DNA from: Gallionella sp.
Lineage (GTDB): Bacteria > Pseudomonadota > Gammaproteobacteria > Burkholderiales > Gallionellaceae
Length of the DNA: 64,000 nt
Assembly (NCBI GenBank): GCA_022340615.1
Contig: JAJDNO010000030.1
Location: 41,624-105,623, forward strand
Direction: 5' to 3'
Position numbers and translations under genes: made by a program. The notes under the pieces were generated by a model. It was not told where the DNA came from. It saw nothing but the letters and a program-made list of their open reading frames with translations, and did not search any database. The stretch's first letter is position 1; each line of letters opens with the position of its first letter. Shown here in pieces: positions 51,850 through 60,429 of this stretch.

Positions 51850-52524
51850 ATGATTGGCAAGCTGCTTGCATTCGGCGCTGTCACCGGTACCTTGCTGGTC
51901 GGTTGCGGGGGTGGGGGCGGAGGACCTGCAGCTACCGTTGGCGGGGTATACATCAGCGCAGGCGTAAGCCCGATGCCAGCGCCCAGCACATCATATAGCG
52001 GCGTGGTCTCTCTAAATGTCGACAATCCCAGCGGCGCGCCGATTTCGAATGCAACGGTAACGATAAATAACGTGCTACTGACCTATAACTCAGGTCTTAA
52101 CTATTACGGAAATACCTCAATTGCGCCGGATGGTTCGGGAAACTTCACTCTTTCCGTAACGGCAAATGGAACAACGATTACAGCCACTGAAAGCCCATTT
52201 TCCTGGACTTCAAATCTCACCGTGCAATCTCCATTCACTGCAAATCAAAAAAATGCGATCTCATGGTCTCCAGCCGCGGCGACATTAACAGGCAGTAGCA
52301 TGAATTACGATTTGCGAATAGATGACTCATCAAATGCAATCGTGTATTCGACTCCACCGACGAGTGGCACGAGCATCATGGTCCCGCCGAATACATTGGT
52401 TGCCGGTAGTTATAGCGCGACGATAGATACTTGCCAAATGGGCCCCCAAATCGCCAATGCGGCGACCGGCAGCAATTTCACTTTTTCGATCAGTGCTACA
52501 CCACATGGTTTTACTGCACAGTAA
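51850..52524 (+). CDS. Putative lipoprotein, Ser/Thr-rich beta-sandwich domains
   Basis: LLVGC lipobox, poly-Gly linker, AT-richer DNA than flanks. Confidence 0.7.
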   Translation: MIGKLLAFGAVTGTLLVGCGGGGGGPAATVGGVYISAGVSPMPAPSTSYSGVVSLNVDNPSGAPISNATVTINNVLLTYNSGLNYYGNTSIAPDGSGNFTLSVTANGTTITATESPFSWTSNLTVQSPFTANQKNAISWSPAAATLTGSSMNYDLRIDDSSNAIVYSTPPTSGTSIMVPPNTLVAGSYSATIDTCQMGPQIANAATGSNFTFSISATPHGFTAQ

Positions 52525-52785
52525 AAGTTGAGATTAATCGGGCACGGTCCGCGATTTTTTGAATCCAGGCAATTAGCCGTGCAGTAACCACGCCCTAACG
52601 CTCAACTTTGAGCAACACATCCGAGATAATTACAACCATAGGCTGCGCACATTGCCGCAAGCCTGCATCTCTCGACCGCCCTGCGAGACATTTCCGATAT
52701 CGTGCCAGAGATGATGCCCTTAACCTATAATGGTTATATTTGGCACTTCTGATTCGATGGCATACATGGAAAGGAGCATCTGGAA

Positions 52786-53271
52786 ATGAGCAACAAGGCA
52801 GACTTCAGGAAAATCGGCAGATCATCGGTGTGCTCGGAAATCACCGAGGACGAAGCCAAAATCCTGGCGGGGATCATGGGGGTGCGCGAGCTGAAGGACG
52901 GCGAGTTGCTCGTCAACGAGGGCGAAGCCGATCACACGCTGTACATACTCGCCGACGGCAAGCTTGGCGTGATCAGCGCTACGGCTGACGGCAAGCAGAA
53001 TCTGGTGCACACCATGACGGCGGGCGAATGCGCCGGCACCCGCGCGTTTGTCGACCGCTCGCCGCGCAAGGCAACCTTGCGTGCGCTCGGAGATGCGACG
53101 GTCTACATGCTTACTCCGGAAGCCTTCGACACGGTAGTGGATGCCCACCCGCGTCTGGCCTATAAAGTGATGCGCGCTTTGTTCCGCGTCACCCACTCAA
53201 ACCTGATGCGGATGAACCAGGAAACCCAGCAGCTTTCCAATTACATCAACAAAACCCAGGGACGCTATTGA
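52786..53271 (+). CDS. Stand-alone cyclic nucleotide-binding domain protein (atypical cassette)
   Basis: AAAGGAG SD; LVNEGE..LYILADG; AGTRAFVDRSPRKAT. Confidence 0.82.
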   Translation: MSNKADFRKIGRSSVCSEITEDEAKILAGIMGVRELKDGELLVNEGEADHTLYILADGKLGVISATADGKQNLVHTMTAGECAGTRAFVDRSPRKATLRALGDATVYMLTPEAFDTVVDAHPRLAYKVMRALFRVTHSNLMRMNQETQQLSNYINKTQGRY

Positions 53272-53278
53272 CGATTCC

Positions 53279-53623
53279 GTGATCCGTCTCGCTAAATCGT
53301 TGCGCGCCTGGGGCAGCGCCGACTTCAAGGCCATACTCAAACGCGAGGTCGAGGAACTCGGCGCGGACCATTTGCCGCTGCAACAGGGATTGTCGGTCAG
53401 CAGCCATGTCGCCGAAAGCCCGATCACGATAATGATCCACCGCGTTGCCGAAACGGAAAATGCGATCCGCATCAGGGCCGGAATTTTCTATCATGGGATC
53501 ATCGCCGGCTGCAGTTGCACAGACGACCCAACGCCCGCCAGCGAAAACAACGAATACTGCGAAGTGCTGTTGGACATCGACAAGACAACCGCGGCGACCG
53601 AGGTTGCACTGATAAATATTTGA
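53279..53623 (+). CDS. Small Cys-motif protein of unknown function
   Basis: 114 aa, GIFY.GIIAGCSCTDDP, EYCE; GTG start 8 nt after upstream stop. Confidence 0.72.
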   Translation: MIRLAKSLRAWGSADFKAILKREVEELGADHLPLQQGLSVSSHVAESPITIMIHRVAETENAIRIRAGIFYHGIIAGCSCTDDPTPASENNEYCEVLLDIDKTTAATEVALINI

Positions 53624-53645
53624 TTTTTTATTAAAGGGGAAAACC

Positions 53646-54179
53646 ATGAAAACAGGGAACCTGCTTTTGAGTGCAGCCGCGCTGTTCGTGCTGCTTACCG
53701 GTACCGCTTTGGCGGAACCCAGGAACGGTTTCGGCCTGAATGCGGGTCTGGCCAGCCACAACCGGGATTGCGGGGGTTGTATCGGATCGAGCACCACCGG
53801 CTTGAGTATCGGTCTGGATTACCAGTTCGCGCTATCGAATAAATTTTCGATCAGCCCGTTCCTGATGACCTCGGGGGAAACCAGCAGCAATGTCTCCGGG
53901 ATTGCGGTAAATCACGGCATTGTTGGCGCGGAACTCAGGTACTGGGTCGGCGATGCGTTCTTTGGTGGTCACCTGGGCTCATATTCTGAGGTGTTCTCGA
54001 GCGGAGGTGTCTCGCTGACCGGCAACGGCGGCGGCGCGGGGCTGGTGGCAGGCTGGGAAAAGCCGGATGGCGGAATGTATTTCATGGGGCAGGTTGATTC
54101 CGCAACGATAAGATTCTCAGGTTTTCAGGACGTCAAATTGGCCGCTTTCCGTCTCAGCATGGGATATCGCTGGAAATAG
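53646..54179 (+). CDS. Outer membrane beta-barrel protein
   Basis: Signal ..TALA, GLDYQF, GLVAGWE, MGYRW. Confidence 0.7.
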   Translation: MKTGNLLLSAAALFVLLTGTALAEPRNGFGLNAGLASHNRDCGGCIGSSTTGLSIGLDYQFALSNKFSISPFLMTSGETSSNVSGIAVNHGIVGAELRYWVGDAFFGGHLGSYSEVFSSGGVSLTGNGGGAGLVAGWEKPDGGMYFMGQVDSATIRFSGFQDVKLAAFRLSMGYRWK

Positions 54180-54293
54180 AATTGCGCCGGCAGGGCTGCA
54201 AAACCGGGCGCGGCGTGACGATCGCTTGCTGAGCGCTGCGCAGGACTGACGGCCAGGTAATGTATCTGCCAGGGTCGCTCACGGGAGGAAAAC

Positions 54294-54548
54294 ATGATCC
54301 CGCTGCACGAATTGCTGAGCCGCATCCAGTGGGACACCGAGTTCGGGCGCGGCGAATTCTGGATAGGTTATCTCGACCATGCGCGCGGTGAGCTGGTGCA
54401 TGTTCCGCTGAAGGAAGTACGCCACGATCCGGACAGCCACTTCTGTTTCGATGTTACCGATGAAGAGGGTATCGCGCACAGCGTGCCCTACCATCGCGTC
54501 AAGGAGGTGTGGAAGGATGGCGCGCTGATCTGGCAGCGGTTGCATTGA
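54294..54548 (+). CDS. DUF504/MJ1316-domain protein
   Basis: GGAGG SD; LLSRIQWD, IGYLD, VPYHRVKEV..DG.LIW.R. Confidence 0.78.
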   Translation: MIPLHELLSRIQWDTEFGRGEFWIGYLDHARGELVHVPLKEVRHDPDSHFCFDVTDEEGIAHSVPYHRVKEVWKDGALIWQRLH

Positions 54549-54604
54549 ATCCCGGTAGAATGGGCGCAGATCAATGTCGATCAAGCACTGCGGTTCCAAG
54601 AACG

Positions 54605-55324
54605 ATGTGTTTTTCCGCAACAGTCAGCTATGGTGCCACCGCCGTGCTGGTTACCACCGGCATGTATGCCGTCCAGCAGGGCAGGCGTATGCCTCCCGCA
54701 TATCTTATGTGGGCGCTGATTCCTGTTTTCTTCGGTTTGCAGCAGGCATTCGAGGGGCGGGTATGGCAGGAACTCGATGCCGGACATGCCGGCGCGGCGG
54801 TGCCTTATGCGCTCGGATTCCATTTCTTCTCGCATTTCCTGTGGCTGTGGTGGATTCCGCTGTGCTGCTATCTGGTCGAGCCCCGGCTGGCCGGTACGGC
54901 AGCCATGCTTCGCAGGAAGGTGATGGCCGGCTGTGCGATGTTCGGTGCTTTCGCCGGCACGCTGGTCTATTCCACATTACTCTTCCATCCCGAATGGATG
55001 TCGGTTTCGGTTAAGCTGCATTCCATCGTCTACGATATTTCCGTCCCCTTTCCCAGCCCCTTCCACCTGCCGGTCACGCCGGCCGCGCTGTATGCGCTGA
55101 CCATCCTGGTGCCGCTTTTCATCTCCAGCCACATTTTGATCCGGATCTTCGGGGTGCTGGTCGTGTTCTCGATGGTATTCGCATCCGATTTCTACGGCTA
55201 TGCCTATGTTTCGGTCTGGTGCTTCTTCGCAGCGGTGCTCTCGCTGTACATCGTCTACATGACCCCCCGCCTTGCAACATCCGGGCATGATGCAGACAGG
55301 TTGTCCGCGCCTAGCGAAGGCTGA
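54605..55324 (+). CDS. DUF6629-like multi-pass membrane protein
   Basis: MCFSAT.S, P.FFGLQQAFEG.VW, SVWCFFAA. Confidence 0.72.
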   Translation: MCFSATVSYGATAVLVTTGMYAVQQGRRMPPAYLMWALIPVFFGLQQAFEGRVWQELDAGHAGAAVPYALGFHFFSHFLWLWWIPLCCYLVEPRLAGTAAMLRRKVMAGCAMFGAFAGTLVYSTLLFHPEWMSVSVKLHSIVYDISVPFPSPFHLPVTPAALYALTILVPLFISSHILIRIFGVLVVFSMVFASDFYGYAYVSVWCFFAAVLSLYIVYMTPRLATSGHDADRLSAPSEG

Positions 55325-55544
55325 TCGGGCATCGTTCCACCGGATGAACGCCATGTCCATCATCCTCGTTGATCTGGCAAGGCCATGGAAAATCGTCGCA
55401 CTGGTTAATGGTGCTGGAACGGATCGCTGAAAGCGCTTGTCTCACCGCTGAAACATAATTAAGGCAAGAATGGCAAGATTGACGATTCAGCACACCAGCC
55501 AAGATATAATCCAGCATGACCGCTTTCCTCGCACGACATAATAA

Positions 55545-57908
55545 ATGAAGCTGCCATCCCTGTTCCGGAATAAACCGCTCACCCAGTCCAGGTTCCGCGG
55601 GCCGCTGCGCCTGGTTGCGTTGCTGCTGTTGCTGGTGTTCTCCGGCTACATCTACTATCTGGACGTAACCATCCGCGATGCGTTCGACGGCCGCAAGTTC
55701 GCATTGCCGGCGCGCGTCTATGGCCGTGACCTGGAGGTGTACCCTGGACTCAATCTGACGCGCGCGCAGTTCCTTGGCGAGATCAAGACCCTCGGTTATC
55801 ACGAGAATCCGGAGCCGGACCGGCCGGCAACCTACAAGAACACGCTGAACGGCTTCGACTTCACGACGCGCGACTTTGTATTCGGCGATGGGCCGCAGCC
55901 TTCGCAGCACCTGCGCGTCGAATTCGCCGACGGCAAGGTGTCACTGCTGCAGGTGCGCGGCAGCACCGACACCGACCTGCCGCTGCTGCGCATGGAGCCG
56001 CCGCTGATCGGCGGCATCTATCCAGGCCATAACGAGGACCGCGAGTTGGTCAGGCTCGACCAGGTGCCGAAGATGCTGACCGCCGCGCTGATCGCGACCG
56101 AAGACCGGAAATTCTATACGCACTGGGGCATCGATCCTCGCGGCATCGCGCGGGCGCTGTACAAGACCGTGACCGGCCAGCGCATCGAGGGCGGCAGCAC
56201 GCTGACCCAGCAGCTGGTCAAGAATTTTTTCCTGACTCCGGAACGCACGCTGACGCGCAAGGCGAACGAGGTGCTGATGGCACTGCTGCTCGAATTGCAC
56301 TACAGCAAGGACGAGATACTCGAGACCTACCTCAACGAGGTGTTTCTCGGCCAGGATGCCAACCGCGCGATCCACGGTTTCGGGCTGGCCAGCTATTTCT
56401 ATTTCGACCGCCCGCTGAACCGGCTGGAGCCACAGGAGATCGCGATGCTGGTTGGCATGGTCAAGGGGCCGACGGTGTATGACCCGCGCAGGCATCCGGA
56501 ACTGGCGCTGAAGCGGCGCAACGTGGTGCTGAAGGAAATGGCTGGCCAGAGCGTGATCACCCAGGCGCAGTTCGTCGAGGCGCGCCGCAAGCCGCTCGGC
56601 GTCGTGAAGCGCGCGCCGTCCGGCACCTCGCCTTACCCTGCCTTCCTGCAGTTCGTCCATCTGCAGCTGCAGCGCGATTATCGCGAAGAGGATCTGCGCA
56701 GCGAAGGGTTGCGCATCTTCACCACGCTGGATCCGTTCGTGCAGCATGAAGCCGAACATGCCCTGGCGTCACGCCTCACCGCGCTCGAGAGGTCGCACCG
56801 GCTGCCCGCGAATTCGCTGGAGGGCGCGGTGGTGGTCAGCACTACGCAGACCGGCGAGATTCAGGCGATGGTTGGCGGTCGCGATGCGCGCTACGCCGGA
56901 TTCAACCGCGCGATCGATGCACAGCGCCAGATCGGTTCGCTGATCAAACCCATCATCTACCTGACTGCGCTGGAAGATCCCCAGCACTACACGCTGATCA
57001 CGCCGCTGGACGACAGCCCGCTGGTGTGGAGCCAGCCGGGCACGCCGGACTGGAAGCCGAACAACTATGACCGCAAGTTCCACGGCCAGGTCCAGCTGCG
57101 CACCGCGCTGGCCGAATCCTACAATGTCGCGACCGCGCGTCTCGGTATTTCACTCGGCGTACAGGGCATACTCGACAAGCTGCCGCTGTTCGGCATCCAG
57201 CAGCAACCCCCGCCGTTCGCGTCGTCGCTGCTCGGTGCATTCGGTCTGTCGCCGGTCGAAGTGTCGCAGCTCTACCAGACCTTTGCCGACGGCGGCTTCC
57301 GCACGCCGCTGCGCGCGATCCGCACCATCGTGACCGCCGACGGCAAGACGCTGCAGCGCTTTCCGCTGAATGTAGAGCCGGTTGCACCGCCGGGACCGGT
57401 GTATCTGCTGACCGCTGCGCTGCAGGGCGTGGTGCGCGAAGGCACCGCGCAATCGCTGAGCAACTGGCTGCCGGCGGACCTGAATGTGGCTGGCAAGACC
57501 GGCACCACAGACGACCTGCGCGACAGCTGGTTCGCCGGATACACCGGCGACCGCGTCGCGGTGGTCTGGGTCGGCCGCGACGACAACACCTCCACCGGCC
57601 TGACCGGCTCCTCTGGCGCGATGACGGTCTGGGGCGAAATGATGAAGAACATCCAGCCCGTACCGCTGAACCCCGAGATGCCGGACAATGTCGAGATGGT
57701 GAATGTCGGACCGGTCACCGGCCTGCGTTATGATATAGGTTGCAAGTCGGGCATGATGCTGCCGTTCATCAAGGGTTCCGCACCGACGGAAATTTCGCCC
57801 TGCGATACCTCGGCTGCCGACGTAACGGCTGCCAAGGCCGATGCGAAAGCCGCGGCGGGCAAGCAGGACAAGGGCAAGAAAAACTGGTTCCAGAGGTTAT
57901 TCAATTGA
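55545..57908 (+). CDS. mrcB: Penicillin-binding protein 1B
   Basis: TM anchor, UB2H-like region, EDRKF, GGSTLTQQLVKN, RKANE, SLIK (SxxK), SYN, KTG. Confidence 0.94.
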   Translation: MKLPSLFRNKPLTQSRFRGPLRLVALLLLLVFSGYIYYLDVTIRDAFDGRKFALPARVYGRDLEVYPGLNLTRAQFLGEIKTLGYHENPEPDRPATYKNTLNGFDFTTRDFVFGDGPQPSQHLRVEFADGKVSLLQVRGSTDTDLPLLRMEPPLIGGIYPGHNEDRELVRLDQVPKMLTAALIATEDRKFYTHWGIDPRGIARALYKTVTGQRIEGGSTLTQQLVKNFFLTPERTLTRKANEVLMALLLELHYSKDEILETYLNEVFLGQDANRAIHGFGLASYFYFDRPLNRLEPQEIAMLVGMVKGPTVYDPRRHPELALKRRNVVLKEMAGQSVITQAQFVEARRKPLGVVKRAPSGTSPYPAFLQFVHLQLQRDYREEDLRSEGLRIFTTLDPFVQHEAEHALASRLTALERSHRLPANSLEGAVVVSTTQTGEIQAMVGGRDARYAGFNRAIDAQRQIGSLIKPIIYLTALEDPQHYTLITPLDDSPLVWSQPGTPDWKPNNYDRKFHGQVQLRTALAESYNVATARLGISLGVQGILDKLPLFGIQQQPPPFASSLLGAFGLSPVEVSQLYQTFADGGFRTPLRAIRTIVTADGKTLQRFPLNVEPVAPPGPVYLLTAALQGVVREGTAQSLSNWLPADLNVAGKTGTTDDLRDSWFAGYTGDRVAVVWVGRDDNTSTGLTGSSGAMTVWGEMMKNIQPVPLNPEMPDNVEMVNVGPVTGLRYDIGCKSGMMLPFIKGSAPTEISPCDTSAADVTAAKADAKAAAGKQDKGKKNWFQRLFN

Positions 57909-58420
57909 AAAACATCTACGCTGTAATTTTCGTCTCGGCAGCGCTGCTTGCCGGATGCGCCGCGGTGACGCCACCGCCATCGGCGCCGGTGGCCGGAGCC
58001 GCGCCAGGCCCCGCCGGGATAACCGTGAAACCCGTGCCGAACTCGGCAATGTCAAACAACAAGGCGGTGATCGCGCTGCTGGATCAGGCGCAGACCGACA
58101 ATGGCGCAGGGCATCGCGCATCGGCCGACTCTTCGCTGGAGCGCGCGCTGCGCATCGAGCCGCGCAATCCCTGGCTGTGGCACCAACTTGCGCAATTGCG
58201 CATCGACCAGGGGCAGTACGCTCAGGCAATCACGCTGGCCCGCAAATCGAACAGTTTTGCCGGAAACCATAGCGGCGTGCTGGCGGCAAACTGGCGGCTG
58301 ATCGGCCAGGCGCGCGTCGCGCAGGGCGACTCGGCAGGCGCCGAGGACGCATTCAAACGCGCCGCGGATTTTGCGCAGCAGGACAAGGCGGCGCAGGATC
58401 CCGGATTGAGCCTGCCATAA
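57905..58420 (+). CDS. TPR lipoprotein, LpoP-like PBP1B activator candidate
   Basis: TTG start overlapping the mrcB stop, LLAGC lipobox, Pro-rich linker, LERALRIEPRNP TPR. Confidence 0.72.
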   Translation: MKNIYAVIFVSAALLAGCAAVTPPPSAPVAGAAPGPAGITVKPVPNSAMSNNKAVIALLDQAQTDNGAGHRASADSSLERALRIEPRNPWLWHQLAQLRIDQGQYAQAITLARKSNSFAGNHSGVLAANWRLIGQARVAQGDSAGAEDAFKRAADFAQQDKAAQDPGLSLP

Positions 58421-58501
58421 GCGCAATAAAATGCCGAAGATCAGTTTGGGCAAGCTGCAGAAACCGGCGCGAATCCGCATTTGATCTGAAAGGAGCATCC
58501 G

Positions 58502-58864
58502 ATGATCAACATATCTCCGGAAAGCAATGGAAAAATCCTGATAATCAGCGCGACGGGAAAGCTCACCGACAAGGACTATAAGGAAGTGCTTATCCCGCGC
58601 CTGGAAAGGATCATTCAGGAGCATGGCAAGGCCCGGCTGCTACTGGATATGGGGGACGAGTTTCATGGCTGGGAAGCCGCGGCAGCTTGGGACGACGCCC
58701 GCTTCGGGCTTGCGCACATGAACGATTTCGAAAAGATGGGCGTGATCGGCGGCCCCAGATGGGTAGAGTGGTGTTTGAAGATCGGTGCGGTCGTAATAAG
58801 CGGCGAGATAAAAAATTTCCCCGCAAGCGATCGAGACGAAGCAATGCGCTGGATCAAAAGCTGA
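58502..58864 (+). CDS. STAS/SEC14 (SpoIIAA-like) domain protein
   Basis: ATGKLTDKDY, LLLDM..F.GWE..AAWDD, F...DEA..W. Confidence 0.85.
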   Translation: MINISPESNGKILIISATGKLTDKDYKEVLIPRLERIIQEHGKARLLLDMGDEFHGWEAAAAWDDARFGLAHMNDFEKMGVIGGPRWVEWCLKIGAVVISGEIKNFPASDRDEAMRWIKS

Positions 58865-58915
58865 GTTGACGAATAAGGCTGCCGCAGGTCAATTTTGAAT
58901 CCGCATCAGAATGCC

Positions 58916-59182
58916 ATGATGGAAATGAAGAAGATCAGTTCGGGTAAGTTGCGCGCGATCGGCTACGATGCCCGCGCCCGCGTGCTGCAGGTACAGCTCG
59001 ACGACGGGAGCACGCTTCAATACAGCGGCGTGGGCGAGGACACCTGGCGCCGCTTCAGCAGTTCGGGCGCAGCCTGGAGTTTCTACCGCGACAACATCGA
59101 GGAAGAATTCGCCGCGAAGCGCGTGTCCGGCAGCGCCCCCGCCGGCAGGAATCCACTTGACGATCTGTTCAGAAAAACCTGA
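58916..59182 (+). CDS. KTSC domain protein
   Basis: SSG.LRAIGYD....LQVQL..G...QY.GV, S.S...FY..NI. Confidence 0.82.
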   Translation: MMEMKKISSGKLRAIGYDARARVLQVQLDDGSTLQYSGVGEDTWRRFSSSGAAWSFYRDNIEEEFAAKRVSGSAPAGRNPLDDLFRKT

Positions 59183-59290
59183 TCGCCGGCGAAACAGAGC
59201 CGGTCCTGGCCGATTTCTCAAATTGCAGTTCCAGCAAGCGGCATTCCCACGGATTCAATCGCGCACTTGGCAATTTGGCTTTGATTCAAA

Positions 59291-59980
59291 TTACAGGTGC
59301 TTTTTGAAGAACGCCATGGTTCTGTTCCAGGCCAGTTCCGCGGCTTCTGCATTGTGCTTCAAATAGGGGAGGTGTTTCGAGTCGGCCTCTTCATTGGCAA
59401 AGGCATGCTTTGCGTCGTAGCGGAAAAACTCGAAGGAAACTGAAGAAGCTGTCAATTTTTTCTCCAACTCGTCAACGCCGCTTATGGGAAAGACATCGTC
59501 ATGACTTGCCCAGTGGCCCATGATGGGTGCTTTAATCTTCGTGGCATCAACATAGTCGAGGGGTGGGTAGCCATACCAAACCACCACGGCATCCAGCTCT
59601 GGCACAAAAACACTTGAAAGCAGGGTTAGCGCCCCGCCCATGCAAAACCCGGTGACGCCGACCTTTTGGCTGCCCAGCCCCTTTAAATATTGAACTGCGC
59701 CGCGAATATCCTGGCCGGCGGCATCGCCAAAATCAAGGCCGTTCATCAAATGTTTTGCTTCATTTTCTTCCAGCGCCAATTTGCCGCGATACAAATCAGG
59801 CACCAAAGCCTGGTAGCCCGCAACGGCCAATCTATCGGCAACGGCTTTGATTTGATCGTTCAAACCCCACCACTCCTGAATGACCACAATTGACGGGGGA
59901 TTTTCAATATTCTCCGGTTTGGCAAGATAAGCATTCGCGGTCTGGCCATCCGGCCTTTTGTAACTAATAATCGTGCCCAT
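59291..59980 (-). CDS. Dienelactone hydrolase family protein
   Basis: VIQEWWGLN, PDLY, GFCMGG, HAF, AW.RT..F. Confidence 0.9.
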   Translation of the reverse strand: MGTIISYKRPDGQTANAYLAKPENIENPPSIVVIQEWWGLNDQIKAVADRLAVAGYQALVPDLYRGKLALEENEAKHLMNGLDFGDAAGQDIRGAVQYLKGLGSQKVGVTGFCMGGALTLLSSVFVPELDAVVVWYGYPPLDYVDATKIKAPIMGHWASHDDVFPISGVDELEKKLTASSVSFEFFRYDAKHAFANEEADSKHLPYLKHNAEAAELAWNRTMAFFKKHL

Positions 59981-60367
59981 TACGTCTCCTTTGCGTTGGT
60001 CTGAATTGAACTTGCGGAATGACTTGGCAAGATCATGGGTGGAAAAACTGGAGAGAGGCGCCTTGCGACTGTTGTCGACCGGTCCTTGCCGGACACGCCG
60101 CCAGATTTATTGCAGATTCTAGGTCTTCTTTCGGGTTAAAGCCAGGCAGGAGCAACGCGGAAGATTCCGACGCGAAACCTCTGGATATCGTCCGCAACAG
60201 CGGAAGCCGCTCGTCCTTTTGCAAAGCACGGTCTGGTTGAATTATCCGCGAACAAATATATTTACTCATTTACAAACGCAATTGGCCAATTCAGACTAGT
60301 GTCGCCGAGCTGGAAGGAGACTGACTGCCTAGTCTCGGATTCGAGATTGATCTCGCAGGATAACTAC

Positions 60368-60412
60368 TGCGACCAGACAATTCGCGAACAGTTCACGAAT
60401 TGTCTGGTCGCA
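60368..60412. repeat. 45-bp near-perfect palindrome
   Basis: TGCGACCAGACAATTCGCGAAC-A-GTTCACGAATTGTCTGGTCGCA, one mismatch. Confidence 0.85.
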
Positions 60413-60429
60413 ACACAAGGGAGGAAATC

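Noticed and set aside
52590-52620. attC-like site (GCCCTAAC...GCTCAACTTTGAGC) suggesting an integron cassette
   Set aside because: The core does not fit GTTRRRY, no matching partner box at suitable distance, and no intI.
55325-55544. Possible pseudogene fragment on the minus strand (INQCDDFPWPCQINEDDGHG)
   Set aside because: Too short and not confidently assignable to a family by eye.
60019-60269. ORFs 60019-60240 (+) and 60033-60269 (-)
   Set aside because: No SD, no recognisable motifs and mutually overlapping; cannot be supported as genes.
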